Source: Azolla caroliniana (Eukaryota > Plantae > Polypodiophyta). Taken from it: a DNA stretch of 64,000 nucleotides. A model generated the notes under the pieces. It did no database searches, had not been told where the DNA came from, and saw only the letters and a list, made by a program, of their open reading frames with translations. The position numbers and the translations under genes are program-made. The stretch spans positions 2,852,001-2,916,000 of the forward strand of contig JBHGNT010000006.1 of assembly GCA_043228905.1 (NCBI GenBank), given 5' to 3'. Each line of letters opens with the position of its first letter. Positions within the stretch are counted from its first letter, which is position 1. Positions 33,978 to 48,400 of this stretch are shown here, piece after piece.

Positions 33978-36900
33978 TGTCGAGAAGTCGTTGTGGAATT
34001 TCAATCATAATAGATAGACAACGCTGAAATACGAATCATAGAAATGCCAGAAAGACAAGATAAACAATGGTGCATAGAGATTTACGTGGAAACCCTAAAA
34101 CGGGGAAAAACCACAGGTGAATAGATTCTTCACTATAGTATAGTGGATATACAATACAAAGATGATTACAACACTCTATCGAGTGTATCAGCCACACATG
34201 GCTCTTCGTGTCTGCTGTTACAAACACAGCTATGGCGCGACTCACGCTTCTCTCTCTCTCGCTCTCTTGCACACTACAACTTCTGTACATACATTGTTCC
34301 TCTCTACACACATCACAACATGTTTGCCCTAGTTGCATATATACTTATGCAACTTTCGGGTTATTTACATACGTAGCCCTCATGGGGCGCACACTAAGAC
34401 TATTTACAAATATAGTCTCTCGAGTTAGCTATTTACACAATTCCGGTTTCGGCCTTGACCTATCGGCCTCAGCTGAGTTCCTCATCAACTCGGCTCCTGT
34501 TTTCCGATTCTTTGATTGTCGTCTTTCCGAACAGTCGGATCATCCTCCCACTGGAGGGACATATTCCCAACAAACTCCCCCTTCACGCCTGTGGGAGGAA
34601 AACTGTCAGTCCTGTATTTTGTCGACAAATTCTGAGTCTGTCCATAGATAGGTTCTTCGTTAGCATGTCGGATCCATTGTCGTCAATATGGATCTTCACA
34701 AGAGCAAACTCTCCATCTTCGACTCTCTCCCGCAACTAGTGATACCTTCTTTGTATGTGCTTGGTCCGGGAGTGGTATGCCGCATTCTTGGCTAGGTGTA
34801 TGGTGCTTTGGCTGTCACAGTGAAACAAGAACCCCTTTTGCTTCATGCCTAGTTCGGTGAGAAAATTTCTCATCCATATCAGCTCTTTTCCGGCTTCTAC
34901 TGCTGCCATATACTCTGCCTCTGTAGTCGACAAGGCTACAGACTTCTGCAGTCGTGACTGCCATGACACTGCTCCCCCTGCATAGGTCATCACGTACCCT
35001 GACGTGGATCGGCTTGAGTCGACATCTCCTGATATGTCTGAATCGATAAAACTTTCCAACACAGGTTTTCCGACACCATACCTTAGGCACACCCCTGAGG
35101 TGCCCTTTAAGTACCTGAGTATCCATTTCACCACTACCCAGTGTTCTCTCCCTGGATTACTCATATATCGGCTTACTGCACCCACAACAAATGCTATGTC
35201 CGGTCTCGTACAGACCATAGCATACATTAGACTTATGACGGCTGAGGCATATGGTACCTTCTTCATCTCAGCCTTTTCCTTCTACCCTTTCAGACACTGC
35301 TTCGCATTTAATCTGCGGTTTGTCGGCAACACGGAGCCGACCGACTTTGCGTTCGACATGTTGAACCTCTCTAGGATCTTCGTCACATACTTCTGTTGTG
35401 ACAACCATAGCACCTTCCGAGCTCTATCTCGGGTTATGTGCATTCCTAGGATTTGCTTTGTCGGTCCAATGTCTTTCATGGCAAATAATTTGCCGAGAGC
35501 TTTCTTTAAGCTTCCAATTTTCCTTGTGTCTTGACTAACTATCAACATATCATCAACATATAGCAAGAGAATCAAGAAATCTCCTTCTTTGTACCTTTTG
35601 ACGAACACACAATGATTGGCCTGTGTTTTCTGGAACCGATGTTCCATCATGAAGGACTTGAATTTCTTGTACCATTGGCGTGGAGCTTGTTTCAGACTGT
35701 ACAAGCTTTTCCTCAGTCGACACACCAGATTCTCTTTCCCTTTCTCCTCAAAGCCTTCGGGTTGATGCATGTAGATCTCTTCGTCTAACTCCCCGTGCAG
35801 AAATGCGGTTTTGACATCCAACTATTCGATCTCCAAGTCCAAACTGGCCGCTATGCTCAGAACAGTTCGAATGGATGTCATCTTCACGACTAGTGCGAAT
35901 ATTTCGTCAAAGTCAACGCCCTTCTTCTGTTGGAAACCCTTCACCACTATGCGGGCTTTATACATGGGCTCGTTGTCGACTTCTCCAGTCTTCACCTTGT
36001 AGACCCATTTATTCCTAAGTGCTCTCTTACCTTTCGGCAGCTCTACTAGGTCGTAGGTGTAATTCGCGTGCAAGGATTCCATCTCCTCTTGCATCGCGTT
36101 CAACCGTTTTTCTTTGCTCTCGTCGGCAATGGCTTCTTCATAGCACTCCGGTTCACCGTCATGAGTCAAGAGGATGTATTGATTGGCATATGTAATCGGT
36201 GCCTTCCTTTCTCTGAGTGGGTACCTTCATCCACTCGTTGTTGGCTCTTTTCCGGATGTCTCTGCCAACTCTTCTCTCTGCTTAGGATTCTGCTCATCAA
36301 TCGGCATCTCGAGGTTGGACAGCTCCAACTCATATTCCTCAATTTATTTTAGCAGGTCTGCCGACTCTGACTCGTAGTCTGTTGGTCTTTCCGAGTCGAC
36401 CGACTCAGATTCGGCTCTGTCAGCCAGCTGTCTCCTTACAGCTGCCGGTGACAACACATTTGGCCTTAAGTCGATGGTAGTTGAGGTTGATTGGGGAGTC
36501 GGTTCCGACTTCTGTTGCTTCCGGTCTTCAATTGTCTTATCTTCAAGAAAGACGACGTCCCGACTTCTCACTACCTTCTTGTCGACTAAGTCCCACAACC
36601 TATAGCCGAATTCATCTTCCAAGTATTCCATGAATATGCATGCTTTCGACTTGTTGTCGAGCTTTGACCTCTGATCCTTTGGTACATGCATATACGCCAA
36701 GCATCCAAACAGTCTCAGGTGTTGATAGGAGACATCCTTCCCTGTCCACACCTTTTGTAGGACATCACCCTTTAGAGGTACCGAGGGAGACCTGTTGATC
36801 AAATAAACAATTGTGTACATCGCCTCAGCCCAATAGGATTTCGGCAGTTTCGCATGAGAGAGCATGCTCCTCACTCTCTCCATGATCGTTCGATTCATCT

Positions 36901-39714
36901 TCTCTGCAAGCCCGTTCAACTCTAGGGTCTTTGGTACTGTGTATTCGATTCGAATACCTTGGCTCTTGCAGTATTCTTTGAACTGCCCTCTGTACTCGCC
37001 ACCGTTGTTGATTCAGACAACCTTCAATTTCCGACCCGACTCTCTTTCGGTTCTTGCCTGGAACTCCTTGAAAACCAACAATACTTGATCCTTCGACTTC
37101 AGTACGAAGGCCCATATCTTCCGACTATGGTCGTCAATGAATGTCATGAAGTACTGTCCTCCTCGATGTGATGGAGCATCCACATAGCACACATCCGTGT
37201 GTTAGGAAACAGGTCCCTCCGGATGGGAAGTGAGAAGAACCGTGTTGATGAGCAACTCGGCCGAGGCCGAAACCGGATGTGGCGTACCCGGCAACGGAAG
37301 ACCCGGTGAGAACTAGATGTGGAATACCCAACAACGGAAGACCCGATGAGAACCGGATGTGGAGTACCCAGCAATGGAAGACCCGGTGAGAACCGGATGT
37401 TGCAGGCCCCGTGAGAATCTCTCCGGATGGAAGGGACATATATGTAAATATGTTCCAGAGAGCCCACTGGGGCTATATTTGTAAATAGCCCGAAAGTCAT
37501 ATTAGTATAAATATGACCTAGGGCAAACTTAATATGTGTATGTAGAGTTGGTTGTATTATTATCGTTGTGGTGATAATTCTGTGTGTAACTGCATACAGA
37601 GAAGAGAGAGAGAGAGGAAGAGGTTGTTGCCTCTGTTGTAACCGCTTGGTGGCGAAGCGAGGGAGCAAGAGGTCGTTGCCTCTGTGCCCCATTGTTGTAA
37701 TCTTGATATAGTGATATTTTTGCAGTTTGAGGGCTACCGTGGTTTTTCCCATATTTGGGTTTTCCACGTTAACATCCAGTGCACTCTCTTCTTTACTGTT
37801 TCGTATGTAGATACATCTCCTCACATCCCTGTTTTCTGTGGTTGATCAGACGTCTCGGTTGTGGCCGAGCATAGTTGGAGACAAGTATCCTATCACCGTG
37901 TGCACTAGTTCCAGTGCAACATCTCTTCTCCTCGGTGGTCTTGAGTGTAATGCCACCCTGTTCTGTTTTCCGGCTAAGCAATCGACACACTTCTCTAGGT
38001 GCACTCCCTTGACTTCTGGCAGAAGTTTTTGGTCGGCTAACATGTGCATTCCTTTCTCACTCATGTGGCCTAGCCTCTTATGCCATATCTCCCCTACCGA
38101 GTCGACTGCCACGTTTACTTCCAATTTGCACAGTTGGGCACGCATCATATACAATGTGCCTTCTTTCTATGCTCGGGCCACTATAAGATTTCCTTGGCAG
38201 AACTTCCACTTGCCATTTTGAAAGCTACCACTTTAGCCTTCGTTGTCAAGTCTTCCAGTCGATATAAGATTCAATCTGATATCGGGGATGTGTCGAACAT
38301 CCTTCAATGTTAGTCGACACCCTGTCGACGTCGTTAAGCACACACTTCCGACTCCGGTTATCTTGCACTCTCCACTATCACCCATCTTTACATAGCCATG
38401 ATCCCCAACTATGTAAGTTGAGAAATACTCTCTCGACGGAGTAATATGAAACGATGCGCCGGAGTCGATCACCCAAGTGCACTCTTCGCTTGCAAGATTT
38501 GCACTTGTTTGTTCACAAATGAACAAAAGTTCTTCATTGCTCGTAGCAATGGCTGAAGTGTTCCTTTCATCCGGAATTTTCCGGGGTTCGACATTATTTC
38601 CGACACTGTTGTCATTCTTCATGTGTCGGAAGTCTTTCTGGAAGTGTCCAGGTTTTCCACAATGAAAGCACACAGGCTTCGATCTAGTGTGGGATTTGTT
38701 TGTTCGCTGCAGACTTCTTCTTCGCTGGTCCCTTCCTCTATCCATATGTTGAGTCAGATTCGACTCCGTTTGGGACATGACTCCTTTGTCTTTCCTCCTT
38801 GCCTCCTCGTTTAGGATGCTTGTCTTCACCGTCTGTAAAGACAAGTTCTCTTCTTGACAGCAGGTGCTGAGAGTAACCACCAGGTTCTCCCAGCTTTTCG
38901 GTAGTGTGCACGTCAACAGGATGGCCTGCATTGCGTCATCCAGGGGAAACTTGATCGCAGCAAATTGATTTACATACCCTATAAATGTGTTGATGTGTTC
39001 GACGATTCTCTCACCGTCTCTGAATTTCAGCCGTACAATTTTTCTCATCTCTCGTACAGACCCGACAGCTTCTGCGACATCTCATAAGCATTTGTGTCAA
39101 TCGCCACATGCTGAAGGACACTTACATCGACGCATTGTCGAATTGTGGCCACCGCCTTCCTATTCAAAAGCTTCCAGACCAACTCCAATACCCCCTTGGG
39201 TATTTCTGCTCTGTCGACTAGCTTGTACAGGTCTTTTACTATGAGAAGGTCTTCCATCTTTATCTTCCAGTCTGCATAGTTCTAAGAGTTTAGAATTATC
39301 ATACCTGGGAATCCACACACGCCTCCTTCCATGCTTGCACCTCAAGCTCTGATACTAGTTTGTCGAGAAATCGTTGCGGAATTTCAATCACAATAGATAC
39401 ACAACGCTGAAATACGAATCACAAAAATGCCAGAAAGACAAGATAAACAATGGTGCACACTGCACAGAGATTTACGTGGAAACCCGAAAACGGGGAAAAA
39501 CCACGGGTGAACAGATTCTTCACTATAGTATAGTGGATATACAATACAGAGATGATTACAACACTCTATCGAGTGTATTAGCCGCATAGGGCTCTTCGCG
39601 TCTGCTGTTACAAACACAGCTATGGCACGGCTCACGCTTCTCTCTCTCTCGCTCTCGTGCACACTACAACTTCTGTACATACATTGTTCCTCTCTACACA
39701 CATCACAACATGTT
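33978..39714 (-). mobile_element. Nested copia (Tork-like) element with complete 3' LTR and truncated 5' LTR
   Basis: LTR 33978-34572, PPT 34573-34582, degenerate gag-pol about 34583-39332 (WVIDSGASFH, YVDDML, STTEAEY), PBS TAGTATCAGAGC 39346-39357, partial LTR 39361-39714. Confidence 0.93.
37200..37895 (+). mobile_element. Copia solo LTR (696 bp) with 5-bp TSD CCGTG, inserted in the integrase of the nested copia
   Basis: TG...CA ends; TSD at 37195-37199 and 37896-37900; shares motifs with LTR 417-931; contains 40-bp tandem repeats at 37271-37400. Confidence 0.92.
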
Positions 39715-41651
39715 GTTTGCTCGAACAGCCTTCAGCTTCCGGCCGGTTTCTCTTTCCACTCTCGTATGGAATTCCTTGAAGACGGATAATACCTGGTCCT
39801 TTGTCTTCAGTGGTGAGATCCACAACTTCTGGCTATGGTCGTCTATAAACGTCATGAAGTACTATGATCCGGCATGTGACTTCGTGTCCACTTGACATAC
39901 ATACATCGGTATGCACAAGTTCCAACAGTGCATTCCGTCTTGATGGTGATCTCAACTGGAAAGAGGTTTGGTTCTACTTGCCAGTCAAGTAATTGGTGCA
40001 CTTCTCAAGCTGCGCGTCCTTCCCCTCTAGAATGAGGTTATCTTTGGCAAGTCTTCTCATCCCTTTATGGCTCATGTGACACAACCTCTTGTGCCACAAC
40101 TCACCGGCATTTATGGATGCCACGTTCACTTCCTCCCGGCAAATACGAGCATGCATCAAGTACAACGTGTTGATCTTCCGGGCTCCCTTTGCTGAACTTC
40201 ATGACTTTGTTCTGGATGCTACCCATCTAGCCGACCAGCAGATATCAGCTTCAACCGAACCTCCGAAACGTGCTGGACATCCATCAACAGCAACTTGCAG
40301 CCAATTGATGTCATCAACCATGCGTCTCCTATGCTGACAATTCGGCATGCACCTTCATTTCCCATCTAAACAGAACTGTGATCTCTGGCTCTATAAGATG
40401 AGAAGCACTTCCGATCGGGGGTCAGACGGAACAATGTGTCGAAGTCGACAACCCATGTCATTTTGTTGTTAATAAAGATGCAGCTCACTCTCCCCAGTGA
40501 TTAGCAGCAATTCTTCTTCACTTGTCATGATTGTCGACGTTCCTTTCTGATCCGAACTTCTTCGGTCCAGACCCTTCTTTGAGTCGGCATTGTCGGTTCC
40601 TTTCTCCTTCCAGAAGTGTTGGCAATTCTTTTGGAAGTGCCCTAGCTTTCCACAATAAAAGTAAGTGGGCCTCCCCCTTGACTTCGACCTCGTCCCCGAT
40701 TTGTCCCAGTTTTGGGGACTCCAAATCCGGCCTCTTCCCCGGTTATGGTCGTCTTCGGTTTTGGACTCCCGATCCTTCCAGCGAGCTTCTTCATCCAACA
40801 AGCTTGATTTTACCCTTGCTAGGGACAATTGTTTTCCTTCCGGCCCAACGTTGCCCAAAGTGACAACTAGCGTCACCCAACTATCTAGGAGGGAACCGAA
40901 CAGGAGCAATGCAAGTACCTCGTCGGCTAGAGGTACTTTCAACGAGGTTGTTTGATTTAGGATCCCCTGGAAAGCATTCATGTGCTCCACCATGCTGGAT
41001 CTGTCTTGGTACCAGAGTCTCACTAACTTAGGGAATACTGAAACCCGATTTACAACGTTCTTGTTCTCAAACATGATGCCTATCTTCTCCTAGAGCTCAT
41101 TTGTCTTGTTTTCTTCATTGAAGTTGTTGTACATGCTCATGTCGATGAAGCATCGAATGTATGGCGTCGTCTTCATGTGCATCACCTCCCACGTCATGGC
41201 ATCAATCTTGTCCGGTTTTTTGTCCCCGAACTCTACCGGCAGCCAGTGATCTTTGGCCACGAGCATGTCCCTCATCTTCGACTTCCACACTGAGTAGTTG
41301 GAGCCGGTGAGCTTGAACATGGTTCTGAATGACTCTTCCATTTTCTTCAAGATTTAGAACCTTGCTCTGATACTAGTTTGTGCGGAAAAGCGCTCGGCCA
41401 CAACCGAGTCTTAAACACTCAATGGAAGAACAAAAAAAAACAGAAATGGAGATTAATATGCTTACACAGACAACAGAGAGAACACAAGATGTTTACATGG
41501 AAAACCCTAATAGGGAAAAACCACGGGAGCCCACAAACTCCAACTATCTCTATGAGAAGAGGATACAATGCGAAACTTAGATGCAACAACCTCAAGCTCT
41601 ATGTCTTCGCCAATCTATGCTTACAACAGAAAAACTTTCTGTATCTCGCAT
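39715..41651 (-). mobile_element. Copia (Tork-like) element, gag-PR-INT portion with PBS and partial 5' LTR (same element as 32498-33977)
   Basis: Gag MFKLTGSNYSVWKSKMRDML; PBS 41364-41375; LTR from 41379 resembles 417-931 and is interrupted at 41651. Confidence 0.9.
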
Positions 41652-42167
41652 TGTCGTGAAGATTCCCAGCCATAGTGAGAAAACCGGGTGGAATGGGCAA
41701 AGTCGGCAATGTGCACCGTGTCCACATGTACATTCGAAAATGTGTATAAAATGACAAGGGGATATTTATCCCACATTGTAACGTCCTTCCCTCCTTGGAC
41801 TATAAAATGAGAGGAAGAGGCTCTTATGAGGGGTTGCCCATTTTGAGTGTTGAGGATATACCAATTAGATCTGGAGTTTGGTAGTTTTCCCTTCTTTTTA
41901 TTTTCACGGTTTCTACTTTGGTTCTTCACCATATTTCGTTTTAGGGTTTTGTTTAGACCTTCGTCGTCGTCGTCATGTAGGTTGAGTCTTTGTGTTTGTT
42001 AAGGGTTTCGTCCGGTTTAGAGCTTGCATGTACTAGTGGTTTCGTTTCTGCTCTATCTCCTGTGCAAGACCCCGCTCAGCGCAACAAGCTTGAGAGCCCC
42101 TGATCGGTGGCTTGGCAGTAGACCGCTGTTATAACCTAATCTACCTAACCAGAGTTGTATCTTGCTC

Positions 42168-42218
<51 letters not shown>

Positions 42219-42739
42219 AGTGGATTTTTGTGCATCTGTGTCTGTACTGGTGTCTTTGGAGTTCTTTCTTTCTAGTTTCTGTACATAGGAAGCATGACAT
42301 GTCTAGTCGGTGTTGTGTGTTTCCTTTTCGCTCTCCCATTCGGTTGCTTTCGGTACGTATTGGGAAAACGCTTTGGTCGGTGTTTCGGCCGGTTGCCGGA
42401 AACAGTGAAGCTCGACCTTCCATGCTCCGTCTCTCTCAGGTCCAAGACCTCGGTGGTCCCGCTCCAAATCTAACACGTACCCACAGATTTCCGCGACATC
42501 TTTGGTGAACCCGACGTGAAAGGGTGGCAAGGGAGGATGGAGTTGGAAGACGATGACTTCACGGAGATAATGGCGAAGGCACTGGTGGAGTTCGAAAAAG
42601 CGACGATGAGACGAGAAGTAGCACAACAACCCGTCAAGAGTGTGGACAACGGCCCATTCTACTTGGAAGCCTACAACGCGTAAATGGAGGTGCGAGGTGT
42701 AGACGAGGCTGGAGTTCTTCTGTCGGGTCGCAGCTATCA
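41652..42739 (+). mobile_element. tRNA-Trp-primed gypsy element: 5' LTR (41652-42498), PBS and gag start
   Basis: TGTCG...CGACA LTR with (TG)n; PBS TGGTGAACCCGACGTGAA at 42503-42520; degenerate gag (YLEAY) similar to 51145-51705. Confidence 0.85.
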
Positions 42740-45036
42740 TGATATGGCAAGATTCAAACCCATGACCTTATGTTACATGGGTTGAGCTCTTGACCATTAG
42801 ACTATATATTGTAATACGAAAAATATTATTTTCATTTAAGTTTTTACTATAGAAAATAGATGTATATTCTAGATTTCTCTAGAACATTCTAGAAACTTCA
42901 GGTGTACTCCTGAGAACACTATAAAAGGAGGCACAAGGCATTATTTCGAACCAAATCAGTTCAACGTCAGTCTTATGTCTCCTAGCTACTACTGTATATT
43001 CTCTTAACATAATATACATCTTTTGTTATCATCACTCTCTCTCTCTCGATCTCCCTCTCTCACTCACTCTTTCCTTCTCTCAAGAGTTCTACACTTCCCT
43101 TAGTACTAATCCTCATCTTTTAGTACTAATTCCTTCTCTGTCTTAGTACTATTCCTGACAATTTGAACCGATTTCAATCTCCTTCATTCTCCTCCTTTTA
43201 TCTTCTTACTTCTCCCTCCCTTCATACTAATCTCTTATTCCTCTTTTCTCTCATACTATGGCCACTGTTAGCACTCAAGAATATCAATCCGTTTTTTCTC
43301 GAAGTTGCAATGCTTGAAAGAGAAGTTTCTCGCATTGGAATAAGAAAATCAACAACTGTTGGGGGAGCTTCAACAAACTCCTTAGAGAAGCCACAAACGC
43401 AACAACATCATGGGGAACTAGCATTATGCGTGCAATAGTTCGAAGCGACCATTGTAGCGTTGCAACAACAAGGACCAAGTACACAAGGGATTCATAAAGA
43501 ACCCAAGATCGGCCTTCCTATGAAGTTTGATGGAACGCAATCATAGTTTAGAGGATTCCTTAATCAGGTACGATTAGTCATTCAAATGCATCCTTCCTGA
43601 TATCCCACCGATGCATCACGAGTGGGTCTAGTAGGCACGTTGTTAAGTGGCTCAGCTTTGGCATGGTTTGCTCCGTTGTTAGAAAATGAATCTCCATTAC
43701 TAAACAATTTTGAAGAGTTTATAAGTGAGTTTAAAGCCTGTTTTGGAGATACTTATAGCATAAGGACAACAATCAACAAAATCCGACAATTACGTCAAGG
43801 TGATCGTCCAACCTCCGCATACGCCGCAAATTTCCGTCTACTCACCTCTGATATCGCTTGGGATGACCAAGCACTAATGGAGTAATTTTGTTATGGCCTA
43901 CGTAATGATATCAATAATTTATTCTTGATCTTCCCCGAAGAACCAAAGTCATTGACAGAAGCAATCAGTCACACAGTACGATGCAATAACCGCCTCTTCG
44001 AACGACGTTCAGAACGTCAGTTTCAAATGCCGAGGGCAAGATTGGAGCCCACCTACGCTTCAGTTGTAGCAAATCCTTTCCCAAGGGAATCATTTAATAC
44101 GTCTCCAACAAATACTCCGACACCACACGTCGTCACAGACCCCTATTAGAAGAAGAAAAGCAACGACGTCGGGCAAATCGATTATGTCATTATTGCGGTG
44201 GACCGGGGCATATTGCAGTGAACTATCCCCATCGGCCAAGAAGGCAGGTAAATCAAATAACCGCTAATACTAATAGTACTAAACCCGAGTCTATTTCTCT
44301 AGGCGTGTCCGATAGTCCTAATAGTCAAGCCTTTCAAACAAATTTGAAATCCTTAGTCAACTAGAAGAAGAGTTAAGTCCAGCCAAAATAGGAGTCATTT
44401 GGTTGGACAACCCTAGATCTGTGCAGCCCATTAGTGGTTCCATTTCCTCTAAGCATGTTAGCAATGTGTTCTTAGCTCAAGTAATGGTTAGTACTAAAAG
44501 TACTCCTCCTATACATGTCTTAGCACTCTTAGATTCCGGAGCCAACTCTTGCTTCATGGATAGGATTTTTGCCCAAGCTCATCAGATATCCCTAAGAAAA
44601 CTTTCTTGCCCAACATTTGTAGTAGTTATTGATGGTCGTCCCATTGCTTCCGGAAAAATCGTAGAGGAGTTAGAGCCGATTCAAGTTGTCCTAGATAACT
44701 TCGTGTGTGTAGTATCATTTAATATAATTAGTAGTCCAGATCATCCAATTGTCTTGGGGTTACTGTGGTTCGAATTACATAACCCAGACATAGATTGGAG
44801 AACAAGAGAAATCCGGTATCGACAAATCCGAGGATCTACTCATAAGATTGCAACCATTTCGCTACATCAATTGCGTCAGGAAGGACACAAGGAAGCCCAG
44901 TTTGTCTTCACGGTATCAGTAAAACCTTCCAACACTACTAAAGAGGAAGCCACAATTCAACTTCCAGAGAAGTACCGTCAATATGCCGATGTGTTCGATA
45001 AGGTACAAGCCAATACGCTTCCTCACCACCAACCGT
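42740..45036 (+). mobile_element. Degenerate Tcn1-like chromovirus: 5' LTR (42740-43160), gag, protease
   Basis: Gag VGLVGTLLSGSALAWFAPLLE; PR LLDSGANSCFMD closely similar to 6083-9688; self-PBS 43163-43174; truncated by an LTR insertion at 45037. Confidence 0.92.
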
Positions 45037-45412
45037 TGTCGCATTGTTACACGCGTGCGTATAGAAAGACAGTGGTTGTGCTTCCACACACACACACACA
45101 CAGGTACACAGAAACTGCAACCGAATAAAACAATCGAAACAAGACAAATCGTATACGTATATAAATATTCTGATGAAAAAGGGGTTACAACCAGTAGGCT
45201 GGTGAGCGACAAATCTCCTACGCCTACGCCGGAACCACTCGGGCGTTCCGTGGAGCAGAGTCAGCCTCCCGAAAACCTGCACAGAGCAAATATAGAGAAA
45301 GAAAGAGGAGAAGAGCTCGGTCCCAGTCCGACAGCACTTCCTCCTCGACCAAAAGCGAACCCCTTTTTATGATTCCTCTCCCTCTCTTTTATAGCCCAAG
45401 GAGGGAGGTCGT
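45037..45412 (-). mobile_element. Partial gypsy LTR
   Basis: Starts TGTCG; shares the CTTTTATAGnCnAAGGAGGGAGG TATA block with 30740-30765; cut by the element at 45413. Confidence 0.7.
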
Positions 45413-48400
45413 TGTCACGTTGCTTTGCTTTCGCGTGTGAAACCAGACGGGACCGCGAGGGCCCTGAACCAAGGAACGTGAGAGAGAGAAGAAAGAGTGT
45501 TTGTTGAAACACGGAGAAAGAGAGAGAGACAAACAGAGGATTCGATTATAACGCCAGTAACGATTACAACCGGCAAGCCGGCGACAGACCCAGGTTGGGG
45601 TTCCACGCGCACACACAGGCGGCTCTCGCCAACATAGAAACGCGAAAAGGGGAAAAGGGGTCTCTACCGGAAGTACACGGGCTATCCATGAAGCAGAGGC
45701 AACAAACTCCGAAACTTGCAGAGGATGATGGGAGGAGGAATAGTGAGCGCTCGGTACGCACTTCGTCAGCACTTCGTCCTCGCTAAACCATGATACTCGT
45801 TTCTTCTTCTCCATTCCTTTATATATAGGTCGTCGAGGAGAGACCGTTCTGTCTCAGTCATGTCCCTTTATTCTCTATCCCTTCGGATAGAGATACGCAT
45901 CGATTTCCTAATAAATATGTCATACCTAGTATATTTACATCAGCCGTCCTAATCATAATTATATAATAGTTTTCTATTCACACGCCCACACATGTTAGGG
46001 CCGGTTCATACACGGTTCCTCTTGATTCCTCCTAGGGGCGGTTTTCTCTGCGACATCCACCCCCACCAAACCGCGCGTCCACCGGTATGTGCCAAATACA
46101 ACACTTGCCAGAGGAAACTGGCCCGCCATCACCCATCACTGCCCGACTCATCATTCGTTTCGAGACAGTCGTCGTCGTCAGTCGCGCATTCCGGGTCTGA
46201 CTCTTCCTCTTGACGCTTCTTGAATACCTTGACCCTTTTTCCTGCTATCGGCATCTCCATCTGTGTCCCGTCGAACTCCGCGAGATGATACGTGCCGTTG
46301 TCGTTCGCGCTTGTTACCGTATAGGGCCCGAACCACCTCCTCGCAAACTTACGCACCACCTTGTGTTGATTGTCGAGGCTGTTGTCGTACACCAGCACCC
46401 AGTCACCCTCCTCGATCTTCCTTGGCCTCGGTCGATGTGTACGGTTGAACCGACCTTTGTTCCTTTCTCGCGTTGTACGCAGCTTCTCCTTCACCCGCTC
46501 CATGTCTTCCAGTCTTCGCTCGAGTTGCCGGATCCATGCCGCCAGCAGCTCCTCCCGGCTCATCTCGTCCTTCTAGTCCATCGCGGCCCACAAAGTGATT
46601 GTTTTCTCCGCCGGCATGATCGGTTTTTGCCCGTACATAAGCTCCGTTGGCATGAACCCCGTCACCGAACTGTGCGTAGTTCGATCCGCCCATAGTGCGT
46701 AAGGAAGGAGCCGCGGCCAATTCCCGACCTGTCCTTCGCATGCACGTACTAACGCCTTCACAATAGGCCCGTGCCCACGTTCCACTTTCCCATTTGCCTC
46801 CGGATTGTACGCCGTAGTGAGGGAGAGTTTGACCCCTAGTCGATCAAATAGCTCCTCAGCTTCCTGCGTGTCTAGCTCTCCCCGATCCGCTACAATCTTC
46901 CCAACGCACCCGTACCGGCATATCACATCTTCGATTAGAAACCAACACACGGTCGCGGTCGTCTTGTTTTGCAGTGCGCAGCCTTCCACTTGATTCGTTA
47001 GGTCCTCTCGGGCTAGCGCCAGATACCGCATCTGTCCTACCCCCATTGGCATAGTCACTAAATCAGCCATCCATTTGAAGTGGACGGTTGGTGGGTAGGT
47101 TGGATGAAGCTCGTCTTGATGTCGGACTGTAGAGTGCATCTGGCAACTCTCACAAGTCGTCACAAAATGATGCACGTCCCGGTACAGCTCCGGCCACCAA
47201 TACTTACCCTTGAGCTTCTCGAATGTAGCCCACGTCCCGCGGTGTCCTGCCCAAGGACTGTCGTGATACGCCATAAACAACGCTTTCTACTCGTCTTCCC
47301 TCGCCACTACGCGAAGTGGGGTGCCGCTACGCTTCTTTGGATGCCTCCATATGCATCCTCCTCATAGGAAGAATCGGTACGCCTTCTTCCGCACCCGATT
47401 GTCCTCTTCTCTAGTCCACGTCGTGTCCGGCGTCATTGTCCGCAGGGACCTTCCTATTTGGAGCCACTCCCCGTCGTATTCGCTCTCGTCGAACTCGTTA
47501 AGCACTGGAGTGCCCCCCATCCTAGTTGCCACATTAGCTAACCCGAAGAAGTCCTCGCTGACTTCTTCGTTATCCGAAACCATGTCGTCCTCATCGCTAA
47601 ACCGCACCCTTGAAAGCATATCAGCCATGGCATTATCCTTTCCGGAGATGTGCCGTATCTCCAGGTTCAAGGACTTGATGTACGCGATCCACCTGAGCAT
47701 CGCCAGGTCTGGAGTCGCGCATCCGAAAACCATACCCAGAATCGGTAGGCAGTCTATCTCAATGATCACTTCCGTCCCGATCAGATAGTCCTTGTCGGCC
47801 TTGACTCCCGAAACGATACCCCACATAGCTCGCGCTTAAGTTGGGCGTATCCTCGTTGCCGCTCGCTCAATACCTTTGCCCCAAACCGGATCGGGAACCG
47901 TACGCCATCCTTGTCTTCCTGATTGATCACCCACCCGATCCCGGTCGGGCTCATGTCCACCGTCATGTAAATGGGGACTTCCTTGCCGTAAACCGCTTTC
48001 CGGAGAGTTGGTGCTGCGGCGAGCACCTCCTTCAGTCTCCGAACCGACCCCGTGTGCTCCGTCCTCCATTCGAACTAGCGCCCTTTCTTCAATAACCCGT
48101 AAAGCGATTCCACGACATGCACGTACTGCGGAATCCAGATGTGATAGAATGCACATGCCCCCAGGAACCTTCGGACCTTCGTGACCGACCCGCAATCATC
48201 CTTCATCGCGGAGATGGCTTCTACCTTCGCCGGGGACGGCTTTCGGCCGTAAGGCCCACATAGGTGTCCGACTACTAGGATCTCCAGTTGTCCGAAGGCT
48301 GACTTTTCTCCGGAGAAGGTGAGCCGCGCGCTCTCGAGTCTTGGTAGCACCTTCTCGAAGTCACGGATGTGATCCGTCACGAACCTCCGACAACCGTCCG

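Noticed and set aside
37271-37400. CRISPR-like array
   Set aside because: Contiguous 40-bp tandem repeats with no unique spacers, inside a eukaryotic LTR, with no cas genes.
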